A stretch of DNA of 64,000 bases from an uncultured delta proteobacterium (GCA_963802945.1 CAWDKY010000025.1:96001-160000), one strand, 5' to 3'. Positions 20,334 to 30,106 are shown, numbered from the stretch's first letter. Notes: generated by a model not told the origin, from the sequence alone. Numbers and translations: made by a program.

Positions 20334-22055
20334 ATGGAAAAGAAGACCTATCCCGAATACAGCACTAACTACCCCCTGCTCCTCACTACCTTTATGAAAA
20401 GGCCGGTTAACCTCTATCCTCACAGAATAGGTGTGGTTTACCGAAATCCGAAGAACGCCCAATATTTTCGGTTTACTTGGCGCGAGTGGTATGAACGCAC
20501 CTGCCGCCTGGCCAATGCACTGCATTCCCTCGGCATGAAACCAGGCAAGCCCGGCCAACCAGGCATCCGGGTGGCCACCATGGCCCTCAATCATCATTAT
20601 CATCTGGAGCTTTATTATGCCGTTTCCTGCCTGGGGACAGTGTTGCATCCGATTAACATCAGGCTTTCCCTGGATCATATTGTCCATACCATTCTCCATG
20701 CCGAGGACAAGATCCTTTTTTTCGATGACGAATTTCTTCCTGTGGTGGAAACGATTTATGACCGGATCAAGGAAACCGTCGAAAAATTCGTTTATATATC
20801 CGACGAATCCGGGCTGCCGAAAACAAAGATTGAGCCTTTGTTCGACTATGAGGAACTGCTCAAGAATAAATCCTCCGAATTCGAATGGCCCGAACTTCAT
20901 GAGGATACGCCGGCTACCTTGTGCTACACCACAGGTACCACCGGTCTGCCTAAAGGGGTCCTATTCACCCATAGAACCCTTTACCTGATAAACATTCATA
21001 AACTGGCCAGGGATTTTCTCAACAACGATCCGGCCATGGTCTATTTAGGTGAAAGGGAAGTGGTCCTGTTGAATACGCCCTTGTATCATATCCACGGGTG
21101 GGGGTATCCGTACCAGTTTCTCTTCGCGGCCAATAGACTGGTCTTACCTGGAAAATTTACCGCTGATGGTTTTTGCGAATTGGTCCAAACCGAAAAGGTG
21201 ACTATGTCCAATCTGGTCCCTACCAGTCTGGCCATGCTGATTGAATATGAAGATTTGAAGAAATATGATCTGAGCAGCTTGAGGAATATTCAGGTAGGGG
21301 GTGCGGCCCTACCCCTGGGTCTTAAAGCCAAGGCCGAGGAATTGATTCCCGGGTTTGTCGCCACCTCTGCCTACGGCATGACTGAAACCGCACCATCGGT
21401 GGTGGCCACTTTCATTACACAGGACATGATAGACAAATCCAAAGAAGAGCTGGATGCGATCCGGGTCAAAACAGGCCTTCCTTTGCCGGGGCTGGAGGTT
21501 GAGGTGGTGGATGATCAGGGCCGGCCGGTACCCCGCGATGATTCGACTATTGGTCAGATCGTCATCCGGGGACCCTGGGTCATGGAGCAGTATTACAAAG
21601 ATCCGGTAAATACGGCCAAGGTCTGGCCCGACGGTTGGTTTCATACCGGCGACGTGGCCAAGATCGATTCAGAAGGGTATTTGACCATTGCCGACAGGGT
21701 GTCCGATATGATCCGCAGCGGGGCCGAGATGGTTCCGACCGTGCTGCTGGAAAACGTCGCCGCTTCCGCCGATTTCATTCTTGAGGCCACCTTCGTCGGG
21801 GTACCGGATGAAAAATGGGGACAGAGGCCCATGGCCATCGTCACCCTGGTCTCCGGGGCTAATAAAACCGAGGAGGATGTGATGGAATATCTCGAAACAG
21901 AAGGGGTGGCCAAGGGCAAGATCACCAAATGGATGCTACCGGCTTATATCCTCATCACCAACGACATACCCAAAACCAGCGTCGGAAAATTCAATAAGCT
22001 TTACATCAAGGAGCACATGGACCAATTCTTGTCCGGAGCAAAAAAAATGAGATAA
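20334..22055 (+). CDS. Long/medium-chain fatty-acid--CoA ligase (AMP-forming)
   Basis: YTTGTTGLPKG, YGMTET, FHTGD, PKTSVGK. Confidence 0.93.
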   Translation: MEKKTYPEYSTNYPLLLTTFMKRPVNLYPHRIGVVYRNPKNAQYFRFTWREWYERTCRLANALHSLGMKPGKPGQPGIRVATMALNHHYHLELYYAVSCLGTVLHPINIRLSLDHIVHTILHAEDKILFFDDEFLPVVETIYDRIKETVEKFVYISDESGLPKTKIEPLFDYEELLKNKSSEFEWPELHEDTPATLCYTTGTTGLPKGVLFTHRTLYLINIHKLARDFLNNDPAMVYLGEREVVLLNTPLYHIHGWGYPYQFLFAANRLVLPGKFTADGFCELVQTEKVTMSNLVPTSLAMLIEYEDLKKYDLSSLRNIQVGGAALPLGLKAKAEELIPGFVATSAYGMTETAPSVVATFITQDMIDKSKEELDAIRVKTGLPLPGLEVEVVDDQGRPVPRDDSTIGQIVIRGPWVMEQYYKDPVNTAKVWPDGWFHTGDVAKIDSEGYLTIADRVSDMIRSGAEMVPTVLLENVAASADFILEATFVGVPDEKWGQRPMAIVTLVSGANKTEEDVMEYLETEGVAKGKITKWMLPAYILITNDIPKTSVGKFNKLYIKEHMDQFLSGAKKMR

Positions 22056-22102
22056 GGGTTGACCTAGCCCAATATTTTATTGACATGTCTTTGCCTTACC
22101 GT

Positions 22103-22453
22103 TTAATTATGCTGGGTTTCCAAGGTGGCTTTTTCAAGTACGGTTTTGACATAGGCATTCAGGGTCATCCCTTTATGGGAAGCATTGATGACCAACCGTT
22201 CATGAAGATTGGGATTCAGTCGGATATTGAAAGACCCTTTGAACGGTTTTTCGGGTTCTTTCCCTTGTTCCGAGCACATAGTCAGGTAATCATCAACGGC
22301 GTTTTGAAAATCCTTTTCAATTTCTTTGACGATTGCACCTTCAAATCCGATCAATGCGGATGAAAGACCAAGGACTCGCCCATGAAAGATCTTCTCTTCT
22401 GCGTCAAAAATGACACTGCCATTATATCCCTTATATTTTAAAATGTTTTTCAT
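22103..22453 (-). CDS. hicB: HicB-family antitoxin with C-terminal RHH; no hicA adjacent
   Basis: MKNILKYKGYNGSV...AVDDYL..C...GKEPEKPFKGSFNIR; RBS aggag before ATG 22453. Confidence 0.85.
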   Translation of the reverse strand: MKNILKYKGYNGSVIFDAEEKIFHGRVLGLSSALIGFEGAIVKEIEKDFQNAVDDYLTMCSEQGKEPEKPFKGSFNIRLNPNLHERLVINASHKGMTLNAYVKTVLEKATLETQHN

Positions 22454-22562
22454 GGATTGACTCCTATTTTTACTTTTGCTCACTAATAAGCTCCCCCAAG
22501 TTTTTAATGATTTGAAACAGATGGAAAGGTAAACAAACTGACTCGATTTACCGGCTAAAAAT

Positions 22563-22990
22563 TTATAAGAGGGGATTACGAACCTTAAGAAAAACGAATT
22601 TCCGAAAATCCATGTCCGAGGTATATATAGTTTGAACTCCGTGTTGTAGTAATAAAGCAGCCAAGTGGGCATCAGGTACAAGATTTCCCCTTACAGGAAG
22701 CCGGGAATTCACATTTTTATAGATGGCTAAGAATCCTTCCTGCTCGGTTACAATACGTACCCGGGGTAATAATAATAGTTTTTCGATATTGCCTCATCAG
22801 GAGACAAAGGATGAGCAAAAATACTGGGATGGGTGGATATTCTCAAATAAGCCATTAGGGTTGCCCAGGCGATACAAAAAAGTTCCGGATCTTTCACACG
22901 GCTTTCAAGAAATTCAATCGATGGGAGATAATACGGATTTTGTTGGTCCGAGGCATAGAGCAGAATATTGACATCCACCGAATAGCTCAA
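22563..22990 (-). CDS. vapC: VapC PIN-domain toxin (frameshift near 22780)
   Basis: N-terminal DVNILLYA; C-terminal part read by hand in another frame: RGNLVPDAHLAALLLQHGVQTIYTSDMDFRKF, stop at 22563. Confidence 0.82.
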
Positions 22991-23226
22991 GGCTCGCTCC
23001 TATCCAAAATCCGATAAATGGTGTCTTTGTCGGAAAGGTCTACCCGGGCCTTCATGGGCCGTGAGGTCCATTTCAATGAAGGGGTTTTGATGGCCGCTTT
23101 TCTGGAGCCCAAGGCCTCCGCCAGAAGCCGGGAGATGATTTGGCCTAAGGATCGTCCTTCTTTTTTTTGGAGGTCCTTAATTTCTTTTAAAATAGGAGTT
23201 TCTATATCAACAGTTGTTCGTGTCAT
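22987..23226 (-). CDS. vapB: VapB-like ribbon-helix-helix antitoxin
   Basis: MTRTTVDIE RHH start, SLGQIISRLLAEAL; overlaps the vapC start by 4 nt. Confidence 0.8.
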   Translation of the reverse strand: MTRTTVDIETPILKEIKDLQKKEGRSLGQIISRLLAEALGSRKAAIKTPSLKWTSRPMKARVDLSDKDTIYRILDRSEP

Positions 23227-23235
23227 GATGATTAG

Positions 23236-23264
23236 ATGATATCTATTATTGCATCAGATGTCAA
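23236..23264 (-). promoter_or_regulatory. Sigma-70 promoter of vapBC
   Basis: Minus strand TTGACA-17 bp-TATCAT, ending 9 nt before the ATG; palindrome CATCTGATG overlaps the -35. Confidence 0.65.
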
Positions 23265-23308
23265 GAAATATTTGTGGGATTGCGGATAAATCTGATTTTG
23301 AATTTAAC

Positions 23309-23354
23309 GGTAGGTTGTATTATGTAGGGTGGATGAAACGAAGTGCAACCTACC
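23309..23354. repeat. REP-like hairpin
   Basis: ggtaggttg/caacctacc 9-bp stem enclosing GTAGGGTGG. Confidence 0.45.
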
Positions 23355-23933
23355 ATAGCACCTGGAATCATTTTGGGGCCAAAAACGAGTCTGTAGGGGT
23401 TGAAAATGCTTATTTCTGGGACATCCAGACCCTATTCAAAATAGAAAACAAAAGTTGATGTACTTTTTTCTTGACATGTCCTTAATGTTTACGATAAGGG
23501 AATGTTATTCTTCATAGTTAGGTAGTTAGTCTTTCGGCTGTATAGGTTCTTGGTTTAAAACCCACAACCCGTACCAAGCAACATTACAAAGAAGGTCTCA
23601 TGAGCTTTTCATTGATGGCCCATTTGTTGCGGAGCCCGCTATCCAGCCCGCCAGCCAGTTTATTTCTTCTTAAAGATAGACAATTTTCTAATCTCAAAAT
23701 CCGTTCATGTTTTAAATACAGCCAAAGGTTAGAGTTCTCTCTTGTCCATTATCCTTTTTATTCAAAAGGAACGGATCGCCCACTCTTTTTCAAAGGGACC
23801 CAGATAGAGAAAGGGGAATAACGGATTGTGCCGGGTGATGTAGTTCATATCCAGGAAGTAAAAATTAATTTCTGTTTAATAATAACTAATTGCTATCCCT
23901 AGTTTATTTAAATTCTACCAAAGGAGAGAGACC

Positions 23934-24872
23934 ATGATTTTAAAACGGAAAAGTATTTTCTTTGTAGCCATTATCATAATTTTTTCCCTGGGAGGCTGTT
24001 CAGCCCTTAATTCAGAATCAAGAAAAGACGATTTTTTTTCCAAGCCGGAAAGAACAGTGGAAGATTTTGAAAAGGCGGGAAAATGGTGGGGCGCCCGTGA
24101 TTTGAGCATGGGTCTCATGGCCAACCAGTTAGACGAACCGCTAGTACAAGCCCTCATGGATTCTGATAAACTCAGCTTCTTTTGGGTTCATTCCGATTTA
24201 AAGGTGGCTTTTGTGAAGGGATACCGGTTTGGTTATCAAGAAAGGACGGCGGACCTGGTCTTAGGCCCCAATATCACTGAAGCAGCCGCTCGCATAGGCG
24301 GCGTCATGGCCAAACAGTTTGTAGGAGTCATAAACGCTTTTGAAGCAGGTTGGGCCGAGACGCTCAACCGGGCTATTCAGGTTTTCATTACCTTAATATC
24401 CGAGGGATCTCAAGCCGACCGAGAGAAGTTTATTCAACAATTTGTCAATGAATATTCTGTTAAATATAGGGATACGCAGGAAAAGCTAAAAAGAGGCGGG
24501 TTCATAACTCAGCAATCGGAAGGTGGCACCTTGTTGTATATAGACGCGAGCAAGACACTCTCGGTTCTTGACATACCTAAGCCTGAGACCATTAAAACCG
24601 AGATTTACCATCAAACCTTTAAAGTCATGGGGGATGAATGGGGAAGGCGTTTCAGCCATAATCTGATTAAAAGGGATGAGCTTATAGATCTGTTAAGAAG
24701 AAGTCGGACAGCGCTTAATGAAGTTTCCCCCCATCTGCAAGGCAATCTGATCATCATCCAAGACTCCTTTATAAACGCATACGGAACGGATGCCAATTAT
24801 GTATTTAACGGATTGATTAAGGATGCAGGATTCACGGAACACCCTGCGCCAATTCCTCCTAAAAGGAGATAG
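23934..24872 (+). CDS. Lipoprotein of unknown function
   Basis: Lipobox SLGGC after a basic/hydrophobic signal; RBS aaggag; 312-aa open frame. Confidence 0.75.
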   Translation: MILKRKSIFFVAIIIIFSLGGCSALNSESRKDDFFSKPERTVEDFEKAGKWWGARDLSMGLMANQLDEPLVQALMDSDKLSFFWVHSDLKVAFVKGYRFGYQERTADLVLGPNITEAAARIGGVMAKQFVGVINAFEAGWAETLNRAIQVFITLISEGSQADREKFIQQFVNEYSVKYRDTQEKLKRGGFITQQSEGGTLLYIDASKTLSVLDIPKPETIKTEIYHQTFKVMGDEWGRRFSHNLIKRDELIDLLRRSRTALNEVSPHLQGNLIIIQDSFINAYGTDANYVFNGLIKDAGFTEHPAPIPPKRR

Positions 24873-24876
24873 GGTC

Positions 24877-24993
24877 ATGGCACAAGAAAAAATCAAGTGT
24901 GGAAAATGTGGAACTGATAATTGGGTTGATCCATTTAAGACTACCTCATGTAAGAAATGTGGGGCACCAATTAAAGGTACAAAAGCGAAATAA
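24877..24993 (+). CDS. 38-aa zinc-ribbon microprotein (not in the ORF track)
   Basis: MAQEKIKCGKCGTDNWVDPFKTTSCKKCGAPIKGTKAK; two CxxCG knuckles; RBS aaggag within the upstream gene end. Confidence 0.75.
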   Translation: MAQEKIKCGKCGTDNWVDPFKTTSCKKCGAPIKGTKAK

Positions 24994-25336
24994 AAATTCT
25001 TAAAAGGGTGGAAGTCAACTGCCCACAGAACTGTATACTTAAAGGCTTCTGGGAACAACCGTTGCAGTGCATTATGAGCAGGTTCTGCCTTTCTACGAAT
25101 CTCAGGATCTTAAGGTGAAGTATATACTCAGGCCGAGAATATTGTGGGTGATCTATGGTTCACCACTATAGATTTTTTCCGAAATCCGAGGACAGCATAC
25201 TAATTTTAAAGTAGAGATGGGATTTCCTTTAAGTAACGACTGAAAAAAGATAGGTCGACCTTAATTGGATTTAAGATTAATATGACTGACATCGGTCGAT
25301 GTGAAATTACGCACCTGAAAAACTTTGGAGGTAAAC

Positions 25337-25498
25337 ATGATTAAAGTGGTTCTTATTTCATTTGTAATTCTTTTCGTTGCTTTTTTTGTCTTAAGAGGCG
25401 TTATGTTGTGGTATTGGAAAATTAATGAAATAGTCTCAAAACTTGACCTCATGTTATCTGAATTAAAGAAACTTTCAGACAGAAACTTGATCAAATAA
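25337..25498 (+). CDS. 53-aa single-TM membrane microprotein (not in the ORF track)
   Basis: MIKVVLISFVILFVAFFVLRGVMLWYWKINEIVSKLDLMLSELKKLSDRNLIK; RBS ggagg; 20 nt before the next gene. Confidence 0.7.
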   Translation: MIKVVLISFVILFVAFFVLRGVMLWYWKINEIVSKLDLMLSELKKLSDRNLIK

Positions 25499-25518
25499 CA
25501 ATAGAGAGAGGTTGCATC

Positions 25519-26634
25519 ATGGGCGTGGGAATCAAACCGGAGGCATTAAAAAAAATATTGATACCTGCTGGTATTACATTAGGGGTTATCCTTATCATCG
25601 GGTTATTAATTTACATGCTTGCAATACCCTTTAACATCCTCATTATTGGAAAATTATATAGCAATATTGTGGCAAGAATCGTAAATCTGACGGGTATAAA
25701 CCAATGGCTTGTAAAGGGTATTGTAATAATAGCCCTTATACCGCTTATTTGGGTAATCCCACATCTCTATTGGGGTAAATATAAGAAAAGTGCAAGGGCT
25801 ATTGCTCTTCTATATTTTGGTGTCTTTTTTCTGTCCTTATTTTTTCTAAGCAAAGACATAAACTTTGCCCATTCGGGTTCAGATCAAATCAAGAAATGGT
25901 ATGCGCTTACACCCGAAGGAGTAAAATTTTATGATTCGGCTGGGGTTGACACTGACTATGGTATTACCTTAAGACCCGTGACGCCGGAAGTTATTAGGAA
26001 TTTAAAATTACTTCAGAAGGGCGATTTTAAGCCTATTAACCCTGCCAATGCGCAATTTTTCAATCCTATTACTGGAGCAGCACAAGTCTGGTTCTATAAA
26101 TATCCTGATGGAAATTATGAATTTTATGATAAGCCGGGTTATCATCCGATTACCGGGGAACCTCTACAGGCTGCAACCAAGAATGTATATTTGGAATGGA
26201 AGGAAAAACAGCATGCTCGCCTACAAAGACGTGCCATTGATAGTTGGGAGGTCAGTATAGATAAACGCTCTTGGCGGCCGGTGTCACTCCCGGATACAAA
26301 CTGGGGTTGTAACTATTGTACAAGATACTACCGTTCTAACTTTGATGGAAAGCCAAATAAAATAAAATTTCGTTGGGCTTCAGATAATAAAGCTCGCTTG
26401 ATCGTTAATGATGCTATAGCTTTTGATGAATTCTGGAGACCATATTATTGTACAGATGCGCCATGCTGCTTGAAGTGTTGCGATAACTATAATAATTGTA
26501 TGAGTAGTCTATCAGTATGGCGCGAGTTGGACACGTCACTATTTTCTGACAAGCAGAATGTGATTATCTGGGAGGTTTATCAGGAGGAGGGTGGCTCAGG
26601 GTTCTATGTGGAGATGGTTCAAGGAGAGAAATAA
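25519..26634 (+). CDS. Membrane protein: 3 TM helices, a duplicated extracytoplasmic module and a Cys-rich beta-sandwich C-terminus
   Basis: Hydrophobic N-terminus; WY..G..FYD..G repeated twice; ASDNKARLIVND...NVIIWEV..GGSGF; 8 Cys in the last ~120 aa. Confidence 0.75.
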   Translation: MGVGIKPEALKKILIPAGITLGVILIIGLLIYMLAIPFNILIIGKLYSNIVARIVNLTGINQWLVKGIVIIALIPLIWVIPHLYWGKYKKSARAIALLYFGVFFLSLFFLSKDINFAHSGSDQIKKWYALTPEGVKFYDSAGVDTDYGITLRPVTPEVIRNLKLLQKGDFKPINPANAQFFNPITGAAQVWFYKYPDGNYEFYDKPGYHPITGEPLQAATKNVYLEWKEKQHARLQRRAIDSWEVSIDKRSWRPVSLPDTNWGCNYCTRYYRSNFDGKPNKIKFRWASDNKARLIVNDAIAFDEFWRPYYCTDAPCCLKCCDNYNNCMSSLSVWRELDTSLFSDKQNVIIWEVYQEEGGSGFYVEMVQGEK

Positions 26635-26656
26635 TTAGATATTATGCTAGATTGTC

Positions 26657-26772
26657 TGAGGTGGTCCCAAAAAACTGGACAATATGATAAGCTCTGAGTT
26701 AACCTAAAAGAAGAAGGCGGCTTTGGCTAAAAAGGAGCGATGACACCTCAATTTCAAGGCCGAGGTAGTCCA
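26657..26772 (+). mobile_element. Probable IS3-family left-end remnant
   Basis: TGAGGTGGTCCCAAAAAACTGGACA resembles an IS3 IRL; decayed frame NFKAEVV resembles the OrfA N-terminus. Confidence 0.4.
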
Positions 26773-27097
26773 ACCATTTCTTCCACATTTCCGTAATCAT
26801 TATTTTTTAGATTCCAGCCCCCAAACAAGACTTGTAGTGAAAGAGGACGTTGTCCTCTTGATTCAGAAAACTATTTACAAGAATAGGTGCATAGATGTTT
26901 TTTTTTAAAAGAGCCCTTCCCAGACCCTTCTTTCCTGTCCAAAGGGATACTCACTGCGTTTGGTTTTACTGCCCAACACCATCATCCTTTTTTTTCAGAT
27001 CGTAAGGAACCTATTTGGGAATACTTTTATGAGTGGGATCCCCGGTCCGAGCAAATGAAGTCCAGGTATCCATAATTTTCTCTTTGCTGCTTTGATG

Positions 27098-27126
27098 TTG
27101 ACAATTTGGAAACAGCTTAATATATT
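27098..27126 (+). promoter_or_regulatory. Sigma-70 promoter upstream of the MFS gene
   Basis: TTGACA-17 bp-TATATT. Confidence 0.55.
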
Positions 27127-27367
27127 TTAAACATTCCACAGACCAAGGGCAATCAAGGTCGGAGGAATCGGATTGCGGCTCTTCAATGGATTAAACCAAA
27201 CCCGATACAATTCTTTGTAAATCCGCAGCGTTTAACTACATCCGATAAAAACAACTTGATAAACAAGATTAATCGGGATCGATTTTATTCCGATTATTTT
27301 TGTATTTGCCGATTTAAAGTGATCAGGCTGGAAGTGCTTTATCGTCATCTGAAAGGAACGGGTTGTT

Positions 27368-28687
27368 TTGACCAAGGAAAAGGAATCGTCAGGAATGTTC
27401 TTCGGCTGGTGGACGGTTTTAGCCAGTGGATTTTTGTGTCTCTGGGGTTTCGGATATAACGCTTACGGAATTTCCGCCTTATTCAAACCCATAGCTTCGG
27501 AATTAGGCTTCAACAGGGCTAATACCTCGATTGCCGCCGGTATCGGAAGATTTCAGGGGGGATTTGAGGCCCCTATCGCCGGCTGGATCACGGACCGGTT
27601 CGGTCCCAAGTGGATTGTCTTTATCGGAATACTTATAGCCGCTATCAGTCTGCTGTTGATGGCTTTTATCCATTCCCTTTGGTCCTTTCTTCTGGTCTGG
27701 GGCCTGTTGTTTGGTACAGGCATCAACACCGCCTTGGCCATTCCACTCGATACGGCCATCACTAACTGGTTTGTTAAAAAAAGGGGTGTGGCCCTCAGTA
27801 TCAAGTGGGTGTTTTCCGGAATCTCCGGAGCAATCATTCTGCCTATGATCGCCTGGCTCATCCCCCTTGTAGGATGGCGGACTACCTGCGTCATAGGCGG
27901 GGTGGTGATGTGCGTAGTCGGTTTGCCCCTGGTTTTGTTTTTCTTGAAGTCCAACCGTCCCGAATACTATGGACTCCTCCCCGATGGCGCCAAGATCAGA
28001 GAAGAAATTAAAGATCAGAACTTCATGATCAATAAGGGAATAGAATATGCCGCTGAGGTCCAGGAAGTGGAGTTTACCCTAAGGCAGGCCATGAAAACAC
28101 CCGCCTTCTGGTGGTTAATAGTCGTTCAAGCCATCTATGGTTTGGTGGCGCCGGCCATTAACATTCATTGCATCCCTTTTTTAACCGACAGGGGCATCAG
28201 TCCGTTTACAGCGGCGATCTTGATGGCCCTGATGATCGCTGTCAGCATTCCAGCCAGATATGTTGGAGGATTATTATCCGATCGTGTACAAATAGGACAA
28301 ATGCGACATGTTATTGCCGGGTCCTATGTCATGCAGGCGGTGGGTATGGGCGTTTATATGCTGCATCAAACAGAAGCCATGATTTATGTCTGGTTTATTC
28401 TTTACGGATTCGGCATGGGTGCAGCCCTAACCCTTAATACCTCCATCAGGGCACGTTACTACGGGCGTAAGGCCTTCGGCACCATCCAGGGAATTTCCTC
28501 GCTGTTCCTGACACCGGTGGGAGTGGCTGCCCCTATTTATGCCGGCTGGGTCTATGACTCCACCGGCGCCTATACCAGCGCTTTTTGGTTATTTACCATA
28601 CTGTTGGTGATTTCATCGGTCATTTTGCCCTTCGTTCGACCTCCGAAGGCGCCTGCTGTCATATCCGATATCCTCTCCATCGCTTGA
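27368..28687 (+). CDS. MFS transporter (OFA/monocarboxylate-like)
   Basis: About 12 TM segments; GWITDRFGPK motif A; WFVKKRG; GWVYDSTGAY; TTG start. Confidence 0.9.
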   Translation: MTKEKESSGMFFGWWTVLASGFLCLWGFGYNAYGISALFKPIASELGFNRANTSIAAGIGRFQGGFEAPIAGWITDRFGPKWIVFIGILIAAISLLLMAFIHSLWSFLLVWGLLFGTGINTALAIPLDTAITNWFVKKRGVALSIKWVFSGISGAIILPMIAWLIPLVGWRTTCVIGGVVMCVVGLPLVLFFLKSNRPEYYGLLPDGAKIREEIKDQNFMINKGIEYAAEVQEVEFTLRQAMKTPAFWWLIVVQAIYGLVAPAINIHCIPFLTDRGISPFTAAILMALMIAVSIPARYVGGLLSDRVQIGQMRHVIAGSYVMQAVGMGVYMLHQTEAMIYVWFILYGFGMGAALTLNTSIRARYYGRKAFGTIQGISSLFLTPVGVAAPIYAGWVYDSTGAYTSAFWLFTILLVISSVILPFVRPPKAPAVISDILSIA

Positions 28688-28842
28688 TTTTAACTGGTTC
28701 TCATCAGAAAAGGATTTCTTTCGGATGAGTGATCTCAGTTGATTGCATTCAACTTAAAGGGGAATCATCTAAAAGACTATGGGTTGACTGATGGATGACG
28801 GCTGTTGGCTTTTTCCGGAAAATTTCGATTTCCAGATGGATA

Positions 28843-30036
28843 CTAAATAATTTTAGATTCCCTCAGTTGTCGGATTTTTTCCTCGCTGAATCCCAGCCGG
28901 GACGAGAGGATATCATCGGTATCAGCTCCCAATTCCGGTGCCCCTTTATCGATTTTGCAGGGTGTCCTGGAAAATTTTATAGGCGTGCCCGCAATCTTGT
29001 GTCTCCCGGCCTGGGGGTGATCCACTTCGACAATCATTTCTCTGAAATTGACCTGAGGATCCTCTACAACCTCTTCTATCGTATTGATCGGGGCATACAT
29101 CACCTCATGGGCTTCAAAAAGATCCACCCATTCCTGATAGGTCCGGGTCCGCATCAACGCTGTCATTTCCGGATTAAATTGCTGGTAGTTTTTAAGACGA
29201 AGGCCTTTTGTCTTATATCGTTCATCGTTAATCCACTCTTTTTTTCCGGCCGCCTGGCAGAAATTCTCCCAGAGTTTTTCAGAATTGGCGACAACAATGA
29301 TCGGTTTATCCAGGGTTTCGTAGGCTTGAAATGGTGTGGATAAGGGATGACGTGATCCCAGAGGTCTTGAAATTTCCCCGGTACCGAGGTATCTGGCAAT
29401 AGCATTTTCACATAGCGCCACCTGGCTGTCCAACATGGACACATCCACCCATTGCCCCTCTCCACTCTTTTCCCGTTCAATCAAGGCCGCCAGGATACCT
29501 GTGGCGGCAAATATGCCTGCCGCCATGTCGCCGATGGAATAGCCCACACGAACATGGGGCGAACCGGGTTTTTCTGGTCCTGTAATACTAACGACACCCC
29601 CCATGCCCTGGGCAATCATATCATAAGCCGGTTTGTGGGAATAAGGTCCTGTTTGGCCGAATCCGGAGATGGAGGCATAGACCAGATTAGGATTTATTTT
29701 TCGAATGGTCTCATAATCCAAACCTAATCGTTTCATAACCCCGGGACGGAAGTTTTCCGTGACCACGTCAACCTGTTTGACCAGATCAAAAACGATCTTT
29801 TTGGCTTTTTCTTTTTTCAGATCCAGGGTGACACTTTTTTTTCCGCGGTTGACGCTTAAAAAATAAGTGCCAATGCCATTGATTTTATGGGAGCTATATC
29901 GGGTTTGGTCTCCCTCGCCAATGCTTTCAATTTTTATGATCTCAGCCCCCATGTCTCCGAGGATCATGGTACAAAAGGGGCCTGATAAAGCCGTGCAAAA
30001 ACTCAATACGTTTATTCCTTCTAAAGGTCCGGCCAT
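28843..30036 (-). CDS. Class III CoA-transferase
   Basis: GPLEGINVL, NRGKKSVTLDLK, ENFRPG, SIGDMAAG (catalytic Asp), APELG. Confidence 0.93.
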   Translation of the reverse strand: MAGPLEGINVLSFCTALSGPFCTMILGDMGAEIIKIESIGEGDQTRYSSHKINGIGTYFLSVNRGKKSVTLDLKKEKAKKIVFDLVKQVDVVTENFRPGVMKRLGLDYETIRKINPNLVYASISGFGQTGPYSHKPAYDMIAQGMGGVVSITGPEKPGSPHVRVGYSIGDMAAGIFAATGILAALIEREKSGEGQWVDVSMLDSQVALCENAIARYLGTGEISRPLGSRHPLSTPFQAYETLDKPIIVVANSEKLWENFCQAAGKKEWINDERYKTKGLRLKNYQQFNPEMTALMRTRTYQEWVDLFEAHEVMYAPINTIEEVVEDPQVNFREMIVEVDHPQAGRHKIAGTPIKFSRTPCKIDKGAPELGADTDDILSSRLGFSEEKIRQLRESKII

Positions 30037-30106
30037 ACTTCGTCTCTCCTTTTCTCTATTCCTGAAAATTTTTCTCTAAGTGTTATCTTCTCGAGGTCAC
30101 CAGCTC

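Noticed and set aside
22454-22681. 76-aa N-terminal extension of HicB in the ORF track
   Set aside because: It overlaps the vapC C-terminus in another frame; the RBS supports ATG 22453.
23600-23821. 73-aa ORF or structured RNA upstream of the lipoprotein
   Set aside because: Weak RBS, no protein motif and no recognisable RNA family.
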